A stretch of 32,000 bases of DNA, from positions 30,529-62,528 of the forward strand of contig NZ_JBKGTW010000009.1 of the NCBI RefSeq assembly GCF_046546535.1, read 5' to 3'. The position numbers were made by a program, and so were the translations under genes. Positions 23,535 through 29,601 of the stretch are shown piece by piece. Source of the stretch: Neisseria sp. WLZKY-1. GTDB lineage: Bacteria > Pseudomonadota > Gammaproteobacteria > Burkholderiales > Neisseriaceae. Within the stretch, counting starts at the first letter, position 1; every line of letters begins with the position of its first letter. Below the pieces are notes generated by a model that worked only from the letters and a program-made list of their open reading frames with translations, made no database searches and had not been told where the DNA came from.

Positions 23535-23617
23535 AGAGATACCCCGAAAACGTAGACACTCATTACAAACATAGCCGCAAAAACAAACATGAAAAAAGCA
23601 TTTTCAAATTTCTGCAT
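23531..23617 (-). CDS. 28-aa hydrophobic micro-protein (pVII/pIX-like candidate)
   Basis: The product is MQKFENAFFMFVFAAMFVMSVYVFGVSL. It has a strong SD (taagggggattcATG), and its TGA overlaps the GTG start of the pIII-like gene (GTGA). It is below the ORF-track length cutoff. Confidence 0.55.
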   Translation of the reverse strand: MQKFENAFFMFVFAAMFVMSVYVFGVSL

Positions 23618-23626
23618 GAATCCCCC

Positions 23627-23701
23627 TTATAAAGCCGTCATTACAAAGAAAACAATCATTAACCCTTGTATTGCGCCAGCCCAAAAATAGACGTCTGTCA
23701 T
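23627..23701 (-). CDS. 24-aa hydrophobic micro-protein (pVII/pIX-like candidate)
   Basis: The product is MTDVYFWAGAIQGLMIVFFVMTAL. Its ATG overlaps the TGA of the upstream 94-aa ORF (ATGA). Confidence 0.45.
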   Translation of the reverse strand: MTDVYFWAGAIQGLMIVFFVMTAL

Positions 23702-23982
23702 CTCAAACTCCTAAACAACTCAATCAACAATTTCGCCCCGAACAAAACAGCAGCGGTAGGAAGTAGGGCTATTGTCAGCTCATAGCCAAATTGATAATTT
23801 TGTGCCGGATCGCATTGCGGCAAATCAGCCTGTAATTTTTGGCTGCCGTAATACCAAGCGTTTCCGTTATAGGTTATCTGTTTAACGCCGTTATCCGTTA
23901 TAACAGGGGAAACAGTAGAAAAATACACATTTTCCGCTGCTTCCCTTGTCGGATAACAGGTATTAGCTACCTGATACCCCAT
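23698..23982 (-). CDS. Hypothetical virion-associated protein with a C-terminal TM segment
   Basis: The 94-aa ORF lies in the structural operon between the major coat gene and the micro-ORFs. Its C-terminus is LTIALLPTAAVLFGAKLLIELF. Confidence 0.6.
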   Translation of the reverse strand: MGYQVANTCYPTREAAENVYFSTVSPVITDNGVKQITYNGNAWYYGSQKLQADLPQCDPAQNYQFGYELTIALLPTAAVLFGAKLLIELFRSLR

Positions 23983-23988
23983 AGCCGA

Positions 23989-24189
23989 TTAACGCAAGAG
24001 GCGTTTCACGAGCAGGATACCGAACAGAACAGCCAGACCGCCGATAATGAGACCGGCAGCTTCGTTTGCATTAGAAAAACCGCCATTAATGGCGTTTTTT
24101 ACGTCATCCGACAAAGCCGCATGAGCAGCCATCGGAAGGGCTGAAATTGCGGTTACAACAACCGCCGCTTTAGTTTTCATGGTTTTCAT
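23989..24189 (-). CDS. Major coat protein (pVIII-like)
   Basis: From the ATG at 24189 (SD ggag 8 nt upstream) the product begins with the signal peptide MKTMKTKAAVVVTAISALPMAAHA. The ~42-aa mature part has an acidic N-terminus, a hydrophobic core and a basic KRLLR C-terminus. The ORF track extends it to 24231. Confidence 0.8.
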   Translation of the reverse strand: MKTMKTKAAVVVTAISALPMAAHAALSDDVKNAINGGFSNANEAAGLIIGGLAVLFGILLVKRLLR

Positions 24190-24247
24190 AAGTTTTACTC
24201 CATAGTTAGGAAATGCCGTTTTCAAAGGCAAACGGCCAGCCCAAAAA

Positions 24248-24463
24248 TCACTGATGAACCTGCTTATCCTGTTCTACCCAGAATCCAAAGACGTTGAAGT
24301 TATGGCCTATTTCCTCTATCGCGGTACTTACCGCTTCCTCTCTGTCATAAAAGAAGCCTGCACGATAAAGATATGGAGTGAAGCCAACATCCCCCTCATA
24401 CGGACAAAGGAAATCGCCTGAATTGAGGGACTGGACGACGTAGACGCGTATCAGCCCACTCAT
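24248..24463 (-). CDS. Hypothetical protein
   Basis: The 71-aa ORF has an AAGGA SD and lies 4 nt after the upstream stop, within the phage operon. Confidence 0.55.
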   Translation of the reverse strand: MSGLIRVYVVQSLNSGDFLCPYEGDVGFTPYLYRAGFFYDREEAVSTAIEEIGHNFNVFGFWVEQDKQVHQ

Positions 24464-24467
24464 AGCT

Positions 24468-24761
24468 TTATCCTTTGTTAGTTACTGGTTTGAAATCGAG
24501 GGCTTTAAATTTTTGTCCTTTGCCGCTAACGACCATTTCAACGGTTAAAACCGCCTCAAATGGGAATGAAATACCTTTAAATCGATCAAAATTGACAGAA
24601 CCGCCAAAATCGTATTCTGTGGAAGACATTCCCAAGGCGTTGCCTTGGCTCTCATCCATTGGAGTTGCTGCGACAATTCGGCAATAGTCAAAATTTTTGC
24701 CGTCAATGTTGCCGTTGAATTTTTTTACGCCCATTACTGTTACTTGAATCGGGAATTGCAT
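24468..24761 (-). CDS. Probable ssDNA-binding protein (pV-like, assigned by position and size)
   Basis: The 97-aa product appears beta-rich and lies immediately downstream of the replication initiator, as in other inoviruses. Confidence 0.5.
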   Translation of the reverse strand: MQFPIQVTVMGVKKFNGNIDGKNFDYCRIVAATPMDESQGNALGMSSTEYDFGGSVNFDRFKGISFPFEAVLTVEMVVSGKGQKFKALDFKPVTNKG

Positions 24762-24812
24762 AGTTTTTTCCTTTGGTTATCGGCAGGCACACAAAGCCAG
24801 CCCGCCATATGG

Positions 24813-26186
24813 CTATAAAAAATATTGGAAGAATTTATAGGCGTTAGCGCCAAAATGTTTCATCCAGTCTTTGCCATAGATTCGTTCACATTTGTCTATG
24901 TCTTCATCAGCAAGATCAATAATATCTTTCAAGAATTCTTTTTCAGTTTCACTTGCCGTTTGAATTTCATTGATCAAACGATATGCGTCTTGCCTTGCCT
25001 GATTTTTTGCTTTGATTACAGGGAATAAGTTTTCATCAATAGATACCTTAGGCATATAGCCATAGTGATCTATGATGAAATCTTTTTCTTGTTCATAATC
25101 AAACTGATGAATATCGTTAGAAGAATCATAGAGTTCAGCCGCAAATCTATGAGGTTTCAGACGTTTAGGAAGCCTTCCTTCCTCATCTGAAAGCATTTCA
25201 TAAATTTGTTCTTTGGTTTTTTTGCCCTGCAATGATTCTTCAATGGCAACCAGCCATTTACCGCACTGGCGTTTGATAAATTCGACACCTTTTTCAAGGG
25301 TCATTTCTAAAATTTTCTTTGCAGAATCAACCTGTTTTGTAACAGGTAATTTGCTGAATTTTTCGCAAATGGGATATGCTCCGCCGAAGTATTCGCCCGG
25401 ATAAAGCAGGGAATCGAAAGGAATTACGATGTCCCTTGCTTTCAATTCGACTTCAAAACGTGTCCAAATGCTGTCCTCATCGCCAAGTTGTTTACCCTTC
25501 TCATACACGCGGACATATCGGGAAGATTCCCGAGAGCCGATATAGTAGGTTTTGCCTTTTTTGGTATCTGATTCCCAATCTGTTCCGACCGATTCACCGG
25601 CGGGCATTTTTGCCCTATGACGGGTAAAAAGGCCGTCCAATCGATCTTGTTTTGCTTGCTCCGGAGAGTATTCGCCATTAAAAAAATCTTTTGCCAAATC
25701 AATACGGGTAATCCTTGCCCCGTGACATTTAATAAGGAAATCGTATAAGCGCTTTTCCCATCCTGTTTTAGCAGCCATGCATCCGGTAGCAGTCAATTCA
25801 ACCAATAAGGTATTGTTTTGCCCGCCAATATGGACACGGCCATATTGAACATCTTTATCGCCCATCTGATAGCAGTGATCGTAAAAACGGCCTCCGCTAT
25901 GGTTGAGTTTGTAGGCGATGCCGAAGCCGAGGATTTTGCAAAGTTGTTCGGAAGCTACTTTTATGTAACTTTCGTCAGAAATCAGAAAAGCTTGTTTTGC
26001 AAACAGACACAGGGAATCAACATTAATTCGGAAAGTTATTTGATCTATAAATGAGGTATCAGAAACGCCACGACGAAGCGGGATAGTCAGTAATTCCCCC
26101 TTAGGACTGACTATCACTTGTTCGTAGTGTTCGAATGTTTCGAAATCGCGTTCAATATCCATTTTGATTATTTCCGAGGAACCCAC
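24813..26186 (-). CDS. Rolling-circle replication initiator (Rep_trans / RstA-like)
   Basis: The product is 457 aa from the GTG at 26186, or 449 aa from the ATG at 26162. Motifs ITRIDLAKDF and YIGSRESSRYVRVYEKGKQLG ... WTRFEVELK are typical of the PF02486-type initiators of filamentous phages. Confidence 0.8.
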   Translation of the reverse strand: MGSSEIIKMDIERDFETFEHYEQVIVSPKGELLTIPLRRGVSDTSFIDQITFRINVDSLCLFAKQAFLISDESYIKVASEQLCKILGFGIAYKLNHSGGRFYDHCYQMGDKDVQYGRVHIGGQNNTLLVELTATGCMAAKTGWEKRLYDFLIKCHGARITRIDLAKDFFNGEYSPEQAKQDRLDGLFTRHRAKMPAGESVGTDWESDTKKGKTYYIGSRESSRYVRVYEKGKQLGDEDSIWTRFEVELKARDIVIPFDSLLYPGEYFGGAYPICEKFSKLPVTKQVDSAKKILEMTLEKGVEFIKRQCGKWLVAIEESLQGKKTKEQIYEMLSDEEGRLPKRLKPHRFAAELYDSSNDIHQFDYEQEKDFIIDHYGYMPKVSIDENLFPVIKAKNQARQDAYRLINEIQTASETEKEFLKDIIDLADEDIDKCERIYGKDWMKHFGANAYKFFQYFL

Positions 26187-26209
26187 TTAGCCCCGCGTTT
26201 GGTAACTTA

Positions 26210-26233
26210 CCCCCCTGTTAGATAGGGGGGGGG
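26210..26233. other. C6 / G9 hairpin containing a 9-nt homopolymeric G tract
   Basis: The sequence cccccc-tgttagata-ggggggggg lies just upstream of the rep start. Confidence 0.7.
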
Positions 26234-26237
26234 TCAC

Positions 26238-26295
26238 GGCCTGCCGCCGCTGTGCGTGCGCGCAAGCGCGCATCCGCACCAGCGGCCAGCAGGCC
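26238..26295. other. 58-nt GC-rich stem-loop in the rep leader (origin or regulatory candidate)
   Basis: The sequence ggcctgccgccgctgtgcgtgcgcgc-aa-gcgcgcatccgcaccagcggccagcaggcc pairs along almost its whole length. It is an isolated GC-rich island within AT-rich phage DNA. Confidence 0.7.
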
Positions 26296-26309
26296 GCCGA
26301 ATGGCCGCA

Positions 26310-26339
26310 AATATAATTAGGAAGCGAAAATAAAGTCAA
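26310..26339 (-). promoter_or_regulatory. Candidate sigma70 promoter for the phage rep/structural operon
   Basis: The minus strand reads TTGACT-N18-TATATT (or N17-TTATAT), located upstream of the GC-rich hairpin and rep. Confidence 0.4.
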
Positions 26340-26483
26340 AAAATATCTTTTAAAATCAATGATTTTAAAAGGCAGGATATTTCAAAGAAAATTGGTTGAA
26401 TGGTAGAATGTTGCGAAACGCAAAAATTGCAAAAGAAGACGGGCTAAGGTTAAGCGGCTGAAAAAACACGGAAATTTAATGTA

Positions 26484-26511
26484 ATTTCGCATAAATTATA
26501 TTATGTTAAAT
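26484..26511 (+). promoter_or_regulatory. Canonical dif site (XerC arm, 6-bp spacer, XerD arm), right prophage junction
   Basis: The site reads ATTTCGCATAA-ATTATA-TTATGTTAAAT. The XerD arm is identical to that of E. coli dif, and the XerC arm has the conserved CGCATAA core. Confidence 0.8.
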
Positions 26512-26527
26512 TTTTATAGTATACGTT

Positions 26528-26556
26528 AAAGCAGCATGAGTAAGGCTGCTTTTTTG
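26528..26556 (+). terminator. Rho-independent terminator just outside the prophage
   Basis: The sequence is aaagcagc-atgagtaag-gctgcttttttg. Before the insertion it would have lain shortly downstream of ubiE and dif. Confidence 0.6.
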
Positions 26557-26677
26557 AATATCCCCTTTCACGATAAACCCGACACGTCTCTTCATTGAAG
26601 CCTCGCTTGTAAAAGGCCTGCTTCCGCAATTTTGATTTCTGCGGCGGCAGGCCGCTTTGTTTTGCTTCTTTCTCGTG

Positions 26678-29245
26678 ATGAACCCCGATTTTGTTTCCGA
26701 TACGGCTGCCCGGCTGCGGCGGCAGCAACAGCAGGCCGCCGATGCCTATGCGCTGTGGCGGCGTCCCGAAGAATTTTTCAGCCGTTGGGCTTTGGCTGTC
26801 GATCAGGCGGTTTGCGGCGTGTGGGCGCATTTTTTTCCCGACGGCGGTAGTTGTCTGTTGGCGGCAGGCGGTTACGGGCGAGGCGAGGTTTATCCGTTTT
26901 CCGACACCGATTTGGTGCTGGTTTGCGCCGAGGCGCCGGACGGAGCGCAACAGGAGCGGATAGCCGCTCTGGTACAGGCTTGGTGGGACATCGGTTTGGC
27001 GCCCGCCGTGAAATCGGGCACGGCGGCGGAGCTGTGTTTCGCCGCGCGTGACGATCTGACCGCCGACACGGCCTTTCTCGAAGCGCGTTTTCTCTGCGGT
27101 AACAAAGGATTGGCGGAAAATTTCACTGCCGCTTTGGAGGCGCAGCGCAATCCGGCGGCCTTTGTCGAAGGCAAACTTTTGGAAATGCGCCAGCGGCACG
27201 ACAAGCAGCAGGGGGCGGGCACGCTGCTCGAACCGAATGTGAAAACCTGCCCCGGCGGGCTGCGCGACATCCATACCATGCTGTGGCTGGCCAAAGCGCA
27301 GGGGCTGGACGCAGGCATCGCCGCCCTGCTCCGCCGCCGCATCCTCACGCGCGCCGAAGCCGCACTTCTGGTACGCAGCCACCGCAATCTGGCCGCCATC
27401 CGCATCGATCTGCATCTGGCGGCCGGACGCGAAGAAGACCGGCTGGTTTTCGATCTGCAAAACCGTTTGGCAGACGGTATGCCCGATGCGCCCGGCAGAG
27501 GCCGTCTGAAAAAGAACGAGCGGCTGATGAGCGGCTTTTACCGCGCCGCCAAGGCAGTAAAGCAGCTCAACGGCATTATCCTGCCGATGCTGCGCGGCCG
27601 CGTGTATTCGCCGCTGCCGCGTATCGTGCGCGACATCGACGCCGACTATTACCAAATCGGCAACCAGCTGGCCGTGCGCGACAAAAACCTGTTCGGCAGG
27701 CAGCCCGAACACATTTTCCGCGCTGTGGAGATTTTGCAGACGCGCAGCGATTTGAGCGAATTGGCGCCGAAAACCCTGCGCGCCTGGTGGGCGGCCACGC
27801 GCCATATCGATGCCGCGTTTTACGCCGACGAAACCAACCGCCGCCGCTTTATCGGCTTTTTCCGCTACGGCAGCGGCCTCACCCACACCATGCGTTTTCT
27901 CAACCTCTACGGCGTGCTCGGCCGCTACCTGCCCGCGTGGGAAAACATCGTCGGCCTGTTGCAGCACGACCTCTTCCACATCTACCCCGTCGACGACCAC
28001 ATCCTCACCGTCCTGCGCAATATGCGGCGGCTGGCGATGGAGCAGCACCTGCACGAGCTGCCTTTCGCCTCTTCCCTGATGCACGCGTTTGCCAAGCCCT
28101 ACGTTCTCTACCTCGCCGCCTTCTTCCACGACATCGCCAAAGGACGCGGCGGCGACCACTCCCGCGAAGGCGTGGCCGACGCCCGCCGTTTTGCCGCTGA
28201 CCACTTCATGCCGCAAGATGATGCCGCCCTGCTCTGCTGGCTGGTGGAAAACCATCTTTTAATGTCGCTTACCGCGCAGAAAGAAGACATTCAAGACCCC
28301 GAAGTCGTCGCCCGCTTCTGCCGCCGCGTGCAGACGGCCGAACGCCTGTCCGCCCTGTATCTGCTTACCGTTGCCGACATCCGCGGCACCAGCCCCAAAC
28401 TGTGGAACTCGTGGAAAGCGGGTCTCTTGCACACCCTTTTTCAGACGGCCTCCCGCCATCTCTCCGGCAATCCCGACAGCCGCGAAGCCGTTACCGGCCG
28501 CCGCCAGAGTGCCGCCGCAGCCGCCCTCGCCCAAGCAGGATACGACGAAAAACAGCGCCGCCGCCTGTGGAAAGCCCTCGGCGAAGCCTATTTCGTGCGC
28601 CATCAGGAAAGCGAAATCCTCTGGCACACTGCCGCCGTCGCCGCCGATCCCGAAGCCCCCTTCGCCCGTATCCGCCCCCACCCCGCCGACCCCGGCATGC
28701 TGCAAATCGCCGCCTATCTGCCCAACGCACACGGCATTTTCTCGGGTCTGTGCCGCATCCTCGCCCGCCACAATCTCGACATCGCCGCTGCGCGCGCCTT
28801 TGTTACCGACCACGATTTTGTGCTCGACACCTTCGCCGTGCGCCCGCCCGAAGGCAGCACAGATGCCGACCGCAGCCGCATCGAAGCCGCGCTGATGCAC
28901 GATCTCGCAGCCTTCCTCCACGGCAGCCCCGCCCCCGCGCCCGCTGCCGGGCGCATTCCCAGCCGCCGCGCCCGTCACCTGCCCATCGCCCCGCTGATCG
29001 ACATCCAGGCGGAAGAAGAACAGCCCGGCTGGTATACCCTCACCCTCACCGCCGTCAACCGCCCCGGCCTGCTCGCCGACACCGCCGACATCTTCAACCG
29101 CCACGCCATCAGCCTGCGTTACGCCAAAATCAACACCTCCGACGAGCGCGCCGAAGACAGCTTCCTGCTCTACGCGCCGCAGCTGGCCGACCCGAACCGC
29201 CAAGTGGCGCTGAAAAAAGATTTGCGCGGCGTGTTGGCCGTCTGA
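26678..29245 (+). CDS. glnD: Bifunctional [protein-PII] uridylyltransferase / uridylyl-removing enzyme GlnD
   Basis: The product is about 855 aa from the ATG at 26678. It has a nucleotidyltransferase motif (GGYGRGEVYPFSDTDLVLV), an HD domain (FFHDIAKGRGGDHS) and two C-terminal ACT-like domains. The ORF track starts at a TTG at 26657. Confidence 0.9.
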   Translation: MNPDFVSDTAARLRRQQQQAADAYALWRRPEEFFSRWALAVDQAVCGVWAHFFPDGGSCLLAAGGYGRGEVYPFSDTDLVLVCAEAPDGAQQERIAALVQAWWDIGLAPAVKSGTAAELCFAARDDLTADTAFLEARFLCGNKGLAENFTAALEAQRNPAAFVEGKLLEMRQRHDKQQGAGTLLEPNVKTCPGGLRDIHTMLWLAKAQGLDAGIAALLRRRILTRAEAALLVRSHRNLAAIRIDLHLAAGREEDRLVFDLQNRLADGMPDAPGRGRLKKNERLMSGFYRAAKAVKQLNGIILPMLRGRVYSPLPRIVRDIDADYYQIGNQLAVRDKNLFGRQPEHIFRAVEILQTRSDLSELAPKTLRAWWAATRHIDAAFYADETNRRRFIGFFRYGSGLTHTMRFLNLYGVLGRYLPAWENIVGLLQHDLFHIYPVDDHILTVLRNMRRLAMEQHLHELPFASSLMHAFAKPYVLYLAAFFHDIAKGRGGDHSREGVADARRFAADHFMPQDDAALLCWLVENHLLMSLTAQKEDIQDPEVVARFCRRVQTAERLSALYLLTVADIRGTSPKLWNSWKAGLLHTLFQTASRHLSGNPDSREAVTGRRQSAAAAALAQAGYDEKQRRRLWKALGEAYFVRHQESEILWHTAAVAADPEAPFARIRPHPADPGMLQIAAYLPNAHGIFSGLCRILARHNLDIAAARAFVTDHDFVLDTFAVRPPEGSTDADRSRIEAALMHDLAAFLHGSPAPAPAAGRIPSRRARHLPIAPLIDIQAEEEQPGWYTLTLTAVNRPGLLADTADIFNRHAISLRYAKINTSDERAEDSFLLYAPQLADPNRQVALKKDLRGVLAV

Positions 29246-29324
29246 AAGCCGTTCTGCTCCAAATCTTTTGCAGGCCGTCTGAAAACCACTCCGCCTTTTT
29301 GCGTTTGCCATGGCGGCGGACGGA

Positions 29325-29362
29325 GGCCGTCTGAAAAAAACACCGCAGGCTTTCAGACGGCC
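29325..29362 (+). terminator. Inverted DUS pair hairpin downstream of glnD
   Basis: The sequence ggccgtctgaaaaaaacaccgcaggctttcagacggcc is followed by a T-rich run. Confidence 0.6.
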
Positions 29363-29486
29363 TCTGTCTTTTACCTTGCGGCGGCAGCGCCATTGTTTGC
29401 TAAAATGCGCGCCCTGCCGGATGCCTCCGGCTTGTGTTTTTTCCGCAACCGTTTTGTTTTTCAGACGGCCTTTAAAATACCTGCAG

Positions 29487-29575
29487 GTGTTCAACCTTGC
29501 TGTGCTTTTTTCCTTGCATTCGGGCATTTTTTACTCAAAAAACCGTCTCGCAAGCCGAATGTCAGTACACCCCTG
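29487..29575 (+). mobile_element. Degenerate right-half remnant of the 165-bp MITE
   Basis: The remnant ...caaccttgctgtgcttttttccttgcattcgggcattttttactcaaaaaaccgtctcgcaagccgaatgtcagtacacccct aligns with the right ~88 bp of copies 1-3 with scattered substitutions. It ends 27 nt before the norM ATG. Confidence 0.7.
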
Positions 29576-29601
29576 ATGCCGTCTGAAACTTTGGAATCTC
29601 T

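Larger units (their letters stand above)
18898..26511. mobile_element. Filamentous (inovirus-like) prophage integrated at dif (putative IMEX)
   Basis: An abrupt shift to AT-rich composition coincides with the absence of any canonical DUS. The inovirus gene order is present, and directly repeated dif-like sites sit at both ends. Confidence 0.85.

Noticed and set aside
26501-28255. A 584-aa ORF antisense to glnD, starting inside the dif site.
   Set aside because: It is antisense to a clearly recognisable GlnD. Its composition is Ala/Gly/Arg/Val-rich with no motifs, and it crosses the intergenic terminator and dif. It is a shadow ORF.
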